This document shows, piece by piece, positions 1 to 10,177 of a stretch of 64,000 nt of DNA. This DNA comes from an uncultured Verrucomicrobiae bacterium. Its GTDB lineage: Bacteria > Verrucomicrobiota > Verrucomicrobiia > Chthoniobacterales > UBA10450. A program made the translations under genes and the position numbers. Every line of letters starts with the position of its first letter. The first letter of the stretch is position 1. Under the pieces are notes generated by a model. It was given only the letters and a program-made list of their open reading frames with translations. It was not told where the DNA came from and did no database searches. The stretch covers positions 992,001 through 1,056,000 of the forward strand of contig CAVWPA010000003.1 of assembly GCA_963756875.1 (NCBI GenBank), read 5' to 3'.

Positions 1-207
1 ACCGCCGGCAGGGAGCAGATTCTGCAAAATCGTAAAATGGTTGCCCTCGATTGCCATCTGGACCTGCCCGTTCCCATCGACGATTTGCGGATCGAGCCGG
101 ATTATCCCGCGCTGATCTCCGCTCTGGAAAAATGCGAGTTTAAGTCGCTTCTCCAGGAAGTGCGAGACGAAGCCGCGGCCAGATCGCAGCCTCAACTGGG
201 CGTTTGA
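1..207 (+). CDS. 5'-3' exonuclease (PolA N-terminal/flap endonuclease-like), 3' end only
   Basis: Frame 1 reads ...REQILQNRKMVALDCHLDLP...ALEKCEFKSLL...* which resembles the C-terminus of 5'-3' exonuclease domains; truncated by the window edge. Confidence 0.65.
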   Translation, partial: TAGREQILQNRKMVALDCHLDLPVPIDDLRIEPDYPALISALEKCEFKSLLQEVRDEAAARSQPQLGV

Positions 208-542
208 GCGGCGCCTTCCGGCGCGTGCCTTAATTAGCTCTCTCTCTGGGACTAACGTCGATACGAAAATTTCGCAAATAATTCGAACGTGCGCCACCCC
301 CCGTTGTCAAACTCAACAGGTTAAGGCGATTCGGGTGGTGGCACGTTTCTGGTATTTGCTGTTTCTCCTCGGCGTGCGCCGCCCGAATCTTTTTTCTTTT
401 TGAGTCGCCTTCATAAAATAAGGCGTGCGCCTGGCTGTGGCGCTCGGAATGACATGCAATTCCTGGCTGGCGGCTGGCGATAGATCGAAACTACGGGGTT
501 GCGACTCGCCCCCTGGAGGTGTTTTCATAGGCTCAAGACATT

Positions 543-1883
543 ATGGAAGGCGCCGGTAACTTGCTTGGAGTCCGAGGTTTCCTCATCGACACGCCGGACT
601 TCGGCACGCTGAGGGGCCGGTCCAACGGTGCGCTAATCGTCGATAAGGGCCGAATTCTGGATGTCGGCGATTACGACGATCTTCGGCGAATTCACCAATC
701 GGCGCAGGTCCAATGGATCGATCGCGGGCCGGTCGCCATTTTCCCGGGGTTGATCGATTGCCACACGCATTTGCCGCAGTATTCGGCGGTTGCGCGCGGT
801 GAGAGCGAGCTGCTCCCCTGGTTGCGCCAACACATTTTTCCCGTGGAACGCGAGTTTACCGGACCAAAAGCGCGGGAAGAGGCGCCCCAGTTTTTTCATG
901 AGCTGGCGCGCCATGGCACGACGACCTCCATGGTCTACGCCGCGATTTACGAAGACAGTTGCGAGGTTGGTTTTGAGGCCGCCCAAGCGAGCGGTTTGCG
1001 CGTGATTCTCGGTAAAATGATGATGGATGTTGCTTCGTACGGCCAGTTCCAGCCGAAAAAGATCCTTTCGGTTTCATTAACGGAGAGCGAGCGGCTTTGC
1101 CGAAAATGGCACGGCGCGGACAATGGCCGGTTGGAGTATGCGTTCAGCCCGCGTTTTGCGGTGACCTGCTCTGAAAGGCTCATGCGGGGGGCGGCGGAAC
1201 TGGCGACGCGGCTGGGAGCATACATCCAAACGCATCTCGCCGAAAACCGCGAGGAGATCGAAAAGGTGCACCATCTTTTTATGGGCGCGCGCGATTACAC
1301 CCACGTGTACGAGAAGTGCGGATTGCTGACGTCGAAGAGCATGCTCGGTCATTGTATTCATCTCAATCCGCGCGAAATCGCCGCGATCGCCGCCGCGCAC
1401 TCGAGCGTTGCCCATTGTCCGAGCTCGAATCTTTTCCTCGGCAGCGGCTTGATCAAACTGGATCAGTTATTGAAGGCAGGTATCGTTGTGGGACTCGGCT
1501 CCGACGTCGCGGCCGGACCGGAGCTGAACATGTGGCAGGTGATGCGCGCGGCAATCGAAGTGCAAAAAGCGCGCGCAGTGTATGAACCAAATCTGCGTCC
1601 GCTTCGGCCGGGAGAGGCGTTCTATCTTGCGACCCATGGCGGCGCGCGCGCGCTCGGCAAATCCTCCATTATTGGAACGCTGGATGCCGGTAAAGAGGCG
1701 GATTTTATCGTTGTCGATCTGGCGTCCCTTTTACCCTATCCCAAAAACCGCGACGCCGTCCGCGCGCTTTCTACAGAAGACGCGCTCGCTCTTTGCATTT
1801 ATCGAGGCACGCCGTATGCCAATCTGGAAACCTACGTTCGCGGTAAATGCGTTTACCAGGCGCCTGGGTTGTCCAATACATGA
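543..1883 (+). CDS. guaD: Guanine deaminase (amidohydrolase)
   Basis: PGLIDCHTHLPQY, FSPRFAVTCS, QTHLAEN, HCPSSNLFLGSG, GLGSDVAAG motifs. Confidence 0.9.
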   Translation: MEGAGNLLGVRGFLIDTPDFGTLRGRSNGALIVDKGRILDVGDYDDLRRIHQSAQVQWIDRGPVAIFPGLIDCHTHLPQYSAVARGESELLPWLRQHIFPVEREFTGPKAREEAPQFFHELARHGTTTSMVYAAIYEDSCEVGFEAAQASGLRVILGKMMMDVASYGQFQPKKILSVSLTESERLCRKWHGADNGRLEYAFSPRFAVTCSERLMRGAAELATRLGAYIQTHLAENREEIEKVHHLFMGARDYTHVYEKCGLLTSKSMLGHCIHLNPREIAAIAAAHSSVAHCPSSNLFLGSGLIKLDQLLKAGIVVGLGSDVAAGPELNMWQVMRAAIEVQKARAVYEPNLRPLRPGEAFYLATHGGARALGKSSIIGTLDAGKEADFIVVDLASLLPYPKNRDAVRALSTEDALALCIYRGTPYANLETYVRGKCVYQAPGLSNT

Positions 1884-2728
1884 GTAAAGATCGGGCCGAT
1901 CCAATCGATATCGCAATCCGGGAGGACATCGGCGAGGGCGACGTCACCACGGAGTTTTTTGTGCCGGCGAACGGGAACGCTCTGGGGCGCATCCTGGTCC
2001 ACGAGAAAGCGGTTGTGGCCGGAACGGAGACCGCTGTGGAAGTTTTTCGACGCATCGATCCGGAATTGAACATTCAAGTAATGGAAGCCGATGGTTCCAT
2101 GGTCAACTCCGGTGACGTGATTATCGAGATCCGCGGAAGAGCGCGTTCGATTCTGACGGCGGAGCGAGTTGCGTTGAATTTCTTGCAGCGGCTTTCCGGG
2201 ATTGCCACGATGACTCGAAAGTTCGTCGATGCGGCGGGGAACGATCGGGTCCGGATTCTCGATACCCGAAAAACAACGCCCGGTCTTCGCGCGTTGGAGA
2301 AGTCCGCTGTTCGCGCGGGCGGCGGTGCCAATCATCGCTTCGGTTTGTTCGATATGGTGCTGGTGAAGGATAATCACATCGCCTCGTGTCAGGGATTTGC
2401 GGCGTTTGCCGAAAGCGTTCGGAGACTTCGCCAGGAGCGTCCCGACCTCAGGATCGAAGTAGAAGCCGATCAGCTCGAACAAGTGCACGCTTTCCTTCAG
2501 ATCGACGGAATAGACACGATTCTGCTCGATAACATGGAGCCCGCCGAGATTCGCGAGGCTGTGGCGCTGGGGAAGAAGAAGGTCAAATTCGAGGCGAGCG
2601 GCGGGATAACGCTGAAAAATATCCATCAAATCGCGGCCACAGGCGTCGATGCCATCTCGATCGGTGCCCTCACTCATTCGCCGCGCGCGATCGATTTTTC
2701 ATTGGAATTGACGCCGCTGGCATCGTGA
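1880..2728 (+). CDS. nadC: Nicotinate-nucleotide pyrophosphorylase (QPRTase)
   Basis: EDIGEGDVTT, ERVALNFLQRLSGIAT, DTRKTTPG, LVKDNH, EASGGI; ATGA overlap with the guaD stop. Confidence 0.95.
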   Translation: MSKDRADPIDIAIREDIGEGDVTTEFFVPANGNALGRILVHEKAVVAGTETAVEVFRRIDPELNIQVMEADGSMVNSGDVIIEIRGRARSILTAERVALNFLQRLSGIATMTRKFVDAAGNDRVRILDTRKTTPGLRALEKSAVRAGGGANHRFGLFDMVLVKDNHIASCQGFAAFAESVRRLRQERPDLRIEVEADQLEQVHAFLQIDGIDTILLDNMEPAEIREAVALGKKKVKFEASGGITLKNIHQIAATGVDAISIGALTHSPRAIDFSLELTPLAS

Positions 2729-3336
2729 AGTCGCTCGATCGGTTGAACGCCGATAAACTGCGTGCAGAGCTTGGCGAAGCCGTAATCGGTCGCCAGATTG
2801 TGGTGCTCGATAGGACCACATCGACGAATGATGTTGTTTTACAGATGGCGGGCGGCGAATCGAATGAAGGGCTGGCGGTCTTCGCCGAGCATCAAACTGC
2901 CGGCCGTGGCCAGCGCGGGAAAGAGTGGGAGTCGACCGCCGGTAAAGGACTTTGGTTTTCCGTTCTGTTGCAGCCGAAAATCGAGCTGGCCGAATCGGCC
3001 CGTCTGACTGCCTGGGCGGCGCAAAGCGTTGCACAGACAATTGCGGAACAACTTGCGCTGCGCGCTACGATCAAGCTGCCCAATGACATCTATATAGATC
3101 GAAAAAAAGTGGCGGGCGTGCTTGTGGAAATGCGCGCCCGGAAAAATGCGCCGCACCTCGCCATTCTCGGTGTCGGTATTAACGTCAATCAATCCGCAGA
3201 GGATTTTTCCGAGGAATTGCGTGAGCGTGCTACTTCCCTGGCAATGATTCTGGGCCGGCCCGTTTTTCGGCCCGAATTTGCCGTCGCGCTCTTGCGCAAA
3301 TTGGACCGGACTTACCGTGTTTTCCGCGGCTTGTAG
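2725..3336 (+). CDS. birA: Biotin-protein ligase without N-terminal HTH
   Basis: STND, QTAGRGQRG, KLPND, KVAGVLVE, GVGINV. Confidence 0.92.
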   Translation: MKSLDRLNADKLRAELGEAVIGRQIVVLDRTTSTNDVVLQMAGGESNEGLAVFAEHQTAGRGQRGKEWESTAGKGLWFSVLLQPKIELAESARLTAWAAQSVAQTIAEQLALRATIKLPNDIYIDRKKVAGVLVEMRARKNAPHLAILGVGINVNQSAEDFSEELRERATSLAMILGRPVFRPEFAVALLRKLDRTYRVFRGL

Positions 3337-4364
3337 CTTTGCAAAGCACGCAGTTTTTCGAGTGCGCGTCCACTTTCGATCTGCTCACGCGCCAGTTTGA
3401 TTCCGTCCTTCAAATCATACGCCAGCCCGGCAACGACAAATCCCGCGCCGGCATTGGCAACGGCCATGTCCCGCTTCGCGTCAGTAATCTTCCCCGCGAG
3501 AATCCCTTCCAGGGTCGCCGCGCTTTCGTGCGCGTCGCCTCCCTGCAGTTCGGCAATGCCCGCGCGGGGGATGCCAAGCCAGTTCACATCCAGGACAGCC
3601 GACGTGATTTTGTTGTCAACCAGTTCGGCAATGGTGGTTGCTCCGCTGACGGAGATGTCGTCGATACCCGCGCCCTCTTCGCCGAGACCGTGCACGACCC
3701 AGGCACGCTCGCGTCCAAGCTGGCCCAATACTTCCGCGAAAACGGTCGTCAAATTTGGGGCGAATACACCGACGAGTTGCCGCGATGGCCGGGCCGGGTT
3801 CAAAAGAGGGCCCAGCAGATTGAAAATCGTGGGCGTGTTTTGTCGGGCGAGTCGGGCTCGCATTTCGGCCACGGCGCGGAAAGCCGGGTGATATTGTCTT
3901 GCGAAAACAAACCCGAGGCCATTCGTTTCCACGCATCTCTTCAGATCATCGGGCGACAAATCAATGGCCACGCCCAGTTCTTCGAGCACGTCCGCGCTGC
4001 CGCAACGCGAGGTCACCGCGCGATTGCCATGTTTGACCACGACCGCGCCGCCGGCCGCGAGAATAAACATGATCGTGGTAGAAACATTGAACAGATCCAG
4101 ACCGTCGCCGCCGGTCCCGCAAACGTCGATCATCGGCCCGGCGATTTTCTCCATGTCCAAAGCCGGATCGATCGCAAGGTCGATCAGTTGTCGGGCGAAT
4201 CCGGCGATTTCCTCCGCGCTCTCGCCTTTGTCATGCAGCGCGCCGAGAAATTGCGTCTTGGTCTCATCCGGGGCGGCGGATGAAAGAAGAAGTGTGACGG
4301 CGGAATGAATGTCATCGGACGAGAGGTCCATCCCGGCGCGCAATTTTTCGACGAGCCCGTTCAT
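3312..4364 (-). CDS. trpD: Anthranilate phosphoribosyltransferase
   Basis: DVCGTGGDG, FNVST, KHGNR, GSADVLE, FNLLGPLLNP. Confidence 0.95.
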   Translation of the reverse strand: MNGLVEKLRAGMDLSSDDIHSAVTLLLSSAAPDETKTQFLGALHDKGESAEEIAGFARQLIDLAIDPALDMEKIAGPMIDVCGTGGDGLDLFNVSTTIMFILAAGGAVVVKHGNRAVTSRCGSADVLEELGVAIDLSPDDLKRCVETNGLGFVFARQYHPAFRAVAEMRARLARQNTPTIFNLLGPLLNPARPSRQLVGVFAPNLTTVFAEVLGQLGRERAWVVHGLGEEGAGIDDISVSGATTIAELVDNKITSAVLDVNWLGIPRAGIAELQGGDAHESAATLEGILAGKITDAKRDMAVANAGAGFVVAGLAYDLKDGIKLAREQIESGRALEKLRALQSYKPRKTR

Positions 4365-4373
4365 CGCGTGAAT

Positions 4374-4451
4374 AGTTAAAAAGTTAAATGAGTTACAAAG
4401 TTACAATGGTTCTGGTCCTGTTTAACCTTGCAACTCTGTAACCTTTTAACC
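4374..4451. repeat. Inverted array of ~8-mer units (GTTAMA.. / ..TAAC)
   Basis: gttaaaaa-gttaaatga-gttacaaa-gttacaat facing ttaacct-tgcaactc-tgtaacct-tttaacc; contains the stop codon of the 4446..5549 gene. Confidence 0.7.
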
Positions 4452-5549
4452 TGATAACGTTGCCAGCCAATCCCGATAAACTCGCGGCGAGATTTCCGAA
4501 GGCTTGATCTCGCTGCGCCCTCCCCAGAAAACGTTTGTGTATGAAGTCGGGATGCCGCTCGCTTGAAGATGTCGGTCGATCGCCGCTTTGTGCGCAAGCA
4601 GCAGTTGTTTGTCGGTGCCGTGTGCCACGGCCATGATGTTGACATTCTTGAACTCCGGACCGGCTTCACGCCAGTAGCAATGGGTCAGAATGTGGTGGCG
4701 GCCGACTTCGCCGCCGGTTTCAATTTCGCGTCCCGCAGGCACCGCCCAATGGAACAGCGCGTTGAATCGCGTAACCCGCACGCCGCCAGCCGAAGGTTTC
4801 ACATGCTCGAGAAAAGTTGAGAAACGGCCAATGACCTTGCGTGAGGTCAACCCTTCCGCTACGCGGTAAAATTCGTCGAGAGAAACGCCAGCTTCCTTTG
4901 CGCGGATAGCCCACGGCGTCTGGCGAATTTCTTCCGGCGCAAATTCGCGTTTTAATGCGAGCAGGACGTTCCATTCCTCCTCGGTAAGCTCGGCGGCCTG
5001 CACCACAATCATTTTGGCCGGCACATCCGCTTTGCTTCCGGGCTCAATCGTTTTGCGGCGAACATGGCCGACGCCGAGCGTGAAAATTCCTTTTGCCGGC
5101 ATCAATCGAAATTTCTCCGCGCCCACTTTTTGAGCGAGCAATTCGCAGTGTCGCTGAAGCGAAAACCCGTGCGGTGCCTTTACGGTTGTCCAAAGTTTGT
5201 AGTCCGAACCGGCCGTGACGGTGTCGGTCGAGCGCAGGACGACGTGACCTGAGAATGGATCCTTCTGAAACATCCAGTCAAACGCGCTGTCGATCCGCTC
5301 TTCCGGAACCTTCCAGGCCACCAGCGCGCCGTCGGCCAGATTGGTTGCAAGCAGCGTCTGCCGCACACGCCGAATCGTCCCGGCGCGCAGCATCGCGCCG
5401 ATCCGCGCCATCACCACATCGATATCGACGCCGGAGCGGCTTGCGATTTCCTGGAATGGTTCGCGCACGAAGCCTTCGATTTTATCCTCGGAAATCGCCA
5501 GGATCTTTGCATTGGTGGGATCGTCGTGCTCGACTGGAAGCATATACAA
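4446..5549 (-). CDS. Tandem Lrp/AsnC-fold protein, siroheme decarboxylase-like (NirDL/AhbAB type)
   Basis: Two HTH+Lrp-like halves; ALVAWKVP, THCYWR and MAVAHG motifs are typical of the NirDLGH/Ahb family. Confidence 0.65.
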   Translation of the reverse strand: MYMLPVEHDDPTNAKILAISEDKIEGFVREPFQEIASRSGVDIDVVMARIGAMLRAGTIRRVRQTLLATNLADGALVAWKVPEERIDSAFDWMFQKDPFSGHVVLRSTDTVTAGSDYKLWTTVKAPHGFSLQRHCELLAQKVGAEKFRLMPAKGIFTLGVGHVRRKTIEPGSKADVPAKMIVVQAAELTEEEWNVLLALKREFAPEEIRQTPWAIRAKEAGVSLDEFYRVAEGLTSRKVIGRFSTFLEHVKPSAGGVRVTRFNALFHWAVPAGREIETGGEVGRHHILTHCYWREAGPEFKNVNIMAVAHGTDKQLLLAHKAAIDRHLQASGIPTSYTNVFWGGRSEIKPSEISPRVYRDWLATLSG

Positions 5550-5622
5550 TTAATCCGCTGTTCGCGCTTGCTTGTCCAACGTCGGCATCCGCGGTCCGGA
5601 GAATTTACGAGGTTGCGCCCGT

Positions 5623-6291
5623 TCAGGTCGCGCAAAGGAAAATGGCAGTGAAATGGCAGGCCGTTCCCGCGAGCACAAAGAGATGCCAGACAAAGTGAGC
5701 ATAACGCAGGCGCCGGTTCGCGTAGAACAACACGCCCGCTGTGTACACTATGCCGCCGGACACAAGCCAGATTAGAGCGGAAACAGGAATGGCATTCGCC
5801 AAAGGCCGGATCGCGATCAGTGCCAGCCAGCCCATCCCAAGATATAGTGTCATCGATAGTTTCGGATGGCGCTCCGGTCCACGTGTCGCTTTCATGACCA
5901 CACCGAAAATCGCGCCCCCCCAGATCAGCGCGAACATGGTCGCACCCCAGACTCCGCGAAGCGGCCCCAACGCGAACGGAGTGTACGTACCGGCGATTAG
6001 CAAAAAAATCGCGGAATGGTCGAATGTCCGCAAAAGAGACTTGGCGCGGGTCTGCGGCCAGGCGTGGTAAAGCATCGACCCGAAATACAGCAGAATCATC
6101 GTGAGCGTGAAAACAACCGTCCCGATGAAAAACCCGGCACCGGTGCGATTCGACGCCGTTAAAAGAAGAATCGGCGTCCCGATCAACGCGCCGGCAAATC
6201 CGATTCCGTGACTGATGCTGTTCGCCAGCTCTTCGCGGGGCGATTGCATCCACTTCGGGGAGAGGCGCGATTCATGATCGGTAATGATCAT
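5623..6291 (-). CDS. Hemolysin III / PAQR family membrane protein
   Basis: EELANSISHG, SMLYH, DHSAIFLLIAGTYTPF, HFVWHLFVL; start uncertain (6291 or 6249). Confidence 0.92.
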   Translation of the reverse strand: MIITDHESRLSPKWMQSPREELANSISHGIGFAGALIGTPILLLTASNRTGAGFFIGTVVFTLTMILLYFGSMLYHAWPQTRAKSLLRTFDHSAIFLLIAGTYTPFALGPLRGVWGATMFALIWGGAIFGVVMKATRGPERHPKLSMTLYLGMGWLALIAIRPLANAIPVSALIWLVSGGIVYTAGVLFYANRRLRYAHFVWHLFVLAGTACHFTAIFLCAT

Positions 6292-6420
6292 CCCGTAACA
6301 GACAAAACCGATCAGCTGACTTTGCAAAGCAAAAATCGCGATGTCCCCAGATCCATTCCGGCATTCTTGCAACAGAGATTGCAATGAACGCCAAAACGAC
6401 TTTCCATCGAGTCAGCACGC

Positions 6421-7110
6421 ATGCACGACAAAGAAAAAAAAGGAAATTTCAAAGCGATTTTCTTCGATGCGGCCGGCACGCTTTTTTACCTGCCCAAGGG
6501 AGTCGGTTATCATTATGCCCTTGTTGGAAGGGAAATCGGGCTCGATCTCGATCCGGCGGCGGCCGATCGCGCGTTCAACGCCGCCTGGGATTCCATGCCG
6601 CCGCGTCAACCGATCGACGGACCACGCGAAGATGACGATAAAGATTGGTGGCGACAATTGGTCGATCTTGTTCTGAATCAGGTCGCGCCCACGGCGAACG
6701 AATTCGACCGCGATAATTTTTTTGAAATCGCCTACGAACACTTCGCAGAGGCCGGCGTATGGGAACTTTATCCGGAAGTCGTTGATGTTTTGGAGAAACT
6801 GCGACCGCAGTATCAGCTCGCGGTCGTTTCCAATTTTGACGGACGATTGCGCTTCACGCTCGAACATCTGGGCATTTCGAAATTTTTCGTGCACGTTTTC
6901 GTGTCCAGCGAACTGGGCGTGGACAAACCCGATCCGGAGATTTTTCGCCGAGCCTTAAAGCTGATCGGTTTGAGTCCGGGCGACGCCTTGCATGTTGGCG
7001 ACGATTCGGAGCGCGACTGGAATGCAGCTACCGCGGCCGGATTGTCGGTTTTTCGCCTGGACCGGCGGCGAAACTCGCTGCGGGACCTGCTTTCCTTTCT
7101 GAATCTGTAG
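6421..7110 (+). CDS. HAD-IA family hydrolase (REG-2-like)
   Basis: FFDAAGTL, VSNFD, KPDPEIF, HVGDD. Confidence 0.88.
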   Translation: MHDKEKKGNFKAIFFDAAGTLFYLPKGVGYHYALVGREIGLDLDPAAADRAFNAAWDSMPPRQPIDGPREDDDKDWWRQLVDLVLNQVAPTANEFDRDNFFEIAYEHFAEAGVWELYPEVVDVLEKLRPQYQLAVVSNFDGRLRFTLEHLGISKFFVHVFVSSELGVDKPDPEIFRRALKLIGLSPGDALHVGDDSERDWNAATAAGLSVFRLDRRRNSLRDLLSFLNL

Positions 7111-7163
7111 CGGCGGCTTGCCGGCTTGAACAATTATTTGGCAGGCGACGGGCCTGCCCTACA
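7106..7163. repeat. REP-like element TGTAG...CTACA
   Basis: Inverted termini with internal hairpins; its TAG is the stop codon of the HAD gene. Confidence 0.65.
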
Positions 7164-7210
7164 ATGTTGCGGCGTCACGGGAAGTGCATTAGAAACTTTT
7201 CCCGGCTCGC

Positions 7211-7283
7211 GGGTCGGTAGCTCAATCGGTAGAGCAGCGCCCTTTTAAGGCGTTGGTTCCGGGTTCGAGTCCCGGCCGACCCA
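7211..7283 (+). tRNA. tRNA-Lys(TTT)
   Basis: GGGTCGG/CCGACCC acceptor stem, anticodon loop CTTTTAA, GGTTCGAGTCC T-arm; CCA not encoded. Confidence 0.95.
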
Positions 7284-7293
7284 TCATACGCCT

Positions 7294-7376
7294 TGTAGCC
7301 GTCGCTTTCTTGAGCGACGCAAAGCACGCGAGCCGTATTCATACATGGGAGCGCTTCGCAGAGCGAAGCGACTACA
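7294..7376. repeat. REP-like doublet TGTAG...CTACA
   Basis: tgtagccgtcgct..agcgacg and cgcttcgc..gcgaagcgactaca hairpin arms. Confidence 0.75.
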
Positions 7377-7627
7377 GGATGCAACCGCTGCAACGCGCGC
7401 CAGGCAATTCTGCATGTGAGGCGGCGTTTCGCAGGGCAAACCGGCCGCAATCCGAAGCTGCGCGTTGCAAGAAAAGCTGCAGTTGCATTGCGTCCCGGAA
7501 GGGGTAAATAACCGCCCGAAACTTTGGGCGTTGGCGCTGGTTCAAGTCCTGTCGATCCATGCCAATGAGATCGATAATTGAACCACGTTTTTAGGAAAGA
7601 GAACCAAAACCTGCTCTCTATTAGCCG

Positions 7628-8887
7628 ATGCCCCTGATCTCTTTCCCCCCACGTTCTTCCTCCCGTTCAGCCGTGACTAGGGCTGGCAATGTCGGTCGCC
7701 GGGACACGACGCCAGTGCCGAAAAGCTCGCCCGAAGGCTATCAGCCGCAATTTGACGGACTGCGCGCTCTCGCCGTGCTCACGGTTATGCTGGATCATTT
7801 CAGCGCGGGCGTTCCGAATTTTCCGTTGCCGGATTCCATCCGTCTTGGAGCAACGGGCGTGCGACTGTTTCTCGTCTTGAGCGGCTACTTCATCACCATG
7901 TCGTTGCGCCGTGCTCGCGGCCGGATCGAGGCCGGCGGCTTGTCGGCTCGCCAGGCCCTTGGCTCATTTTATTGGCGGCGATTTCTCCGAATTTTGCCCG
8001 CCTACGGACTGTTTACCATCGTCGGGTTGGTCTTGAATCTGGGCACGATCCGCCAGCACTGGGGCTGGATACTGACCGGCACGGTCAACTGGCTGATCGC
8101 ATGGAGCAACGCATGGCCACCGGCGATTTCGCATCTCTGGTCAATTTGTGTGCAGGAACAATTTTACCTGTTCTGGCCGTTGCTGATCCTGATCCTTCCC
8201 CGCAGATGGATGCTGGGTGCGATCCTCGCGGTCGCGTTGACTGGAGTGGCCTTCCGAATCGGCTGCGTGATGTTCTCGGTGCCGATGATTGCGCGGTGGG
8301 TTTTGCCTTTTGGCAGCCTCGATTCTCTTGCCGCGGGTGCGGCTCTCGGTTGGTACGGCGGCCGGTTGAAGGCGAGCCGCGCGAGTTGGCTGGTCGGCGC
8401 CGTTTGCGTGTCAATGCTCGTCCTGGCTGCAATCTTGCGCGACGGCGATCCCGCCCGGATGAGATCCGTCCTGGTCGAGCCGCTCGAAGCAATCGCGTTC
8501 GTTGTTTTGGTTGCGCGAACGGCCACCGGTTTTCATGGCTGGGTTGCCCGGTTCTTGACGCTGCCCGGCCTGGTCTTTGCGGGACGAATCAGCTACGGGC
8601 TGTACATTTACCACGTATTGGTAGCGGTGCTCTTTGATCTTTGGATGCCGGCGCCGCTGCGATGGTTGCTGGTGGTGCCGGCGGCGCGACTGACGATGTT
8701 CGGCATCGTCACGCTTCTGGTCGCAGCGGTATCCTGGCGGTTGCTTGAAGAACCGATAAACCGCTTTCGCGGCGGCAAGAAACGGCCAGCAATTACTCCG
8801 GCTCCGGGCGCGGATTCGGAACCCGCTCTCGTATCTTCGCCGCAGCCGGTTGCGCCGCTTGCTGTTCTGGCCGTACGGCCCGAATAA
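7628..8887 (+). CDS. Acyltransferase family 3 (OafA-like)
   Basis: FDGLRALAV, FLVLSGYFIT, RRFLRILP, HLWSICVQEQFYLFWP, GRISYGLYIYH. Confidence 0.9.
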   Translation: MPLISFPPRSSSRSAVTRAGNVGRRDTTPVPKSSPEGYQPQFDGLRALAVLTVMLDHFSAGVPNFPLPDSIRLGATGVRLFLVLSGYFITMSLRRARGRIEAGGLSARQALGSFYWRRFLRILPAYGLFTIVGLVLNLGTIRQHWGWILTGTVNWLIAWSNAWPPAISHLWSICVQEQFYLFWPLLILILPRRWMLGAILAVALTGVAFRIGCVMFSVPMIARWVLPFGSLDSLAAGAALGWYGGRLKASRASWLVGAVCVSMLVLAAILRDGDPARMRSVLVEPLEAIAFVVLVARTATGFHGWVARFLTLPGLVFAGRISYGLYIYHVLVAVLFDLWMPAPLRWLLVVPAARLTMFGIVTLLVAAVSWRLLEEPINRFRGGKKRPAITPAPGADSEPALVSSPQPVAPLAVLAVRPE

Positions 8888-8914
8888 GTCGGTGTCGGCC
8901 ACCAGCCGACGGCT

Positions 8915-10177
8915 ATGCTCCGACAATCTGCCGTTCTGCTCATAATCCTTTTAGGAGCGACTTTCGCGAACGCTGCGGAATTCGATCTCGCGGCGGGCGC
9001 AACGAATCAGCTCGGCGTCGACCTCTATCGGCAACTGGCCGTAAACGATGAAAACCTCTGCATCTCGCCTTACTCCATCCAAACTGCGCTGGTCATGACC
9101 TTTGCCGGCGCCGCGGGCGAGACGCGCACGGAAATGGCGCGCATTCTTCACTTCCCAAACGGAGGCGACGCGGTTCATTCGTCATTCGCATCGTTGCAAC
9201 GTTCGCTTGAGGAGATTACGCAGAAGACTGAGAAAATCGCCGAGCGATCGCAAAAACGAGGCGGCCCGAGCGAGCCGATCACATTAGCGATGGCCAATCG
9301 GTTGTTCGCTCAAACCGGATACGATTTTCGGGATTCGTTCCGCGAACTGGTAAAAAAATTCTACGGCGCGCCGTTCGAGACGATGGATTTTCGCAAAGAC
9401 GCCGCGGGCGCAAGACAGCGCATCAACCAATGGGTCGCTGATCAGACGCGAGACAGGATTCGCGACTTGATCCCGCCGAACGGACTTAACGAGACGACAC
9501 GCCTTGTCCTGGCGAACGCGATCTATCTCAAGGCGCAGTGGGCGGCGCAATTTTCTGACGCTGCGACAAAACCGCAGCCGTTTCACGTTCGCGGTGGCGC
9601 GAGTGTTGATGTGCCGATGATGCAAAAAGAAGATCGGCACTTCGGTTACGCGAAGCGCGATGGATTTACTGCAGTCGCTCTTCCTTACACCGGCAGCGAA
9701 CTGCAATTTCTTGTTTTGCTGCCGGACAAGACAGACGGGTTGCGCGATCTCGAATCGAAACTGACTGGCGATGTGTTGAACCAATGCGCAAAACTTGGGA
9801 AGCAAGAGGTCGATCTGTATTTGCCGAAGTTTAAGCTGGAACCACCGACGATCGCCCTGGCCCAGGCATTGCAGGCTCTTGGGATGAAAAGCGCGTTCGA
9901 TCGGCCGCCAGGCAGCGCGAATTTCGATGGGATCGCTCCGCGAAAACCGAACGATTATCTTTATCTTTCACAAGTCTTTCACAAAACATTCATCGCGGTG
10001 GATGAAAAGGGAACCGAAGCTGCCGCGGCGACGGCTGTCACGATGCTGGCCACATCCGCCATGAGGCCCAGACCCCAGCCGATCGAAGTGAAAGTTGATC
10101 GCCCCTTCCTTTATGCGATTCAGCACGTGCCCAGCGGTGCGTGTTTGTTCATTGGCCGCGTAACCAATCCACGCTAA
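8915..10177 (+). CDS. Secreted serpin (serine protease inhibitor)
   Basis: Signal peptide, ISPYSI, LVLANAIYLKAQW, DEKGTEAAAAT hinge, VDRPFLY, LFIGRVTNP. Confidence 0.95.
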   Translation: MLRQSAVLLIILLGATFANAAEFDLAAGATNQLGVDLYRQLAVNDENLCISPYSIQTALVMTFAGAAGETRTEMARILHFPNGGDAVHSSFASLQRSLEEITQKTEKIAERSQKRGGPSEPITLAMANRLFAQTGYDFRDSFRELVKKFYGAPFETMDFRKDAAGARQRINQWVADQTRDRIRDLIPPNGLNETTRLVLANAIYLKAQWAAQFSDAATKPQPFHVRGGASVDVPMMQKEDRHFGYAKRDGFTAVALPYTGSELQFLVLLPDKTDGLRDLESKLTGDVLNQCAKLGKQEVDLYLPKFKLEPPTIALAQALQALGMKSAFDRPPGSANFDGIAPRKPNDYLYLSQVFHKTFIAVDEKGTEAAAATAVTMLATSAMRPRPQPIEVKVDRPFLYAIQHVPSGACLFIGRVTNPR

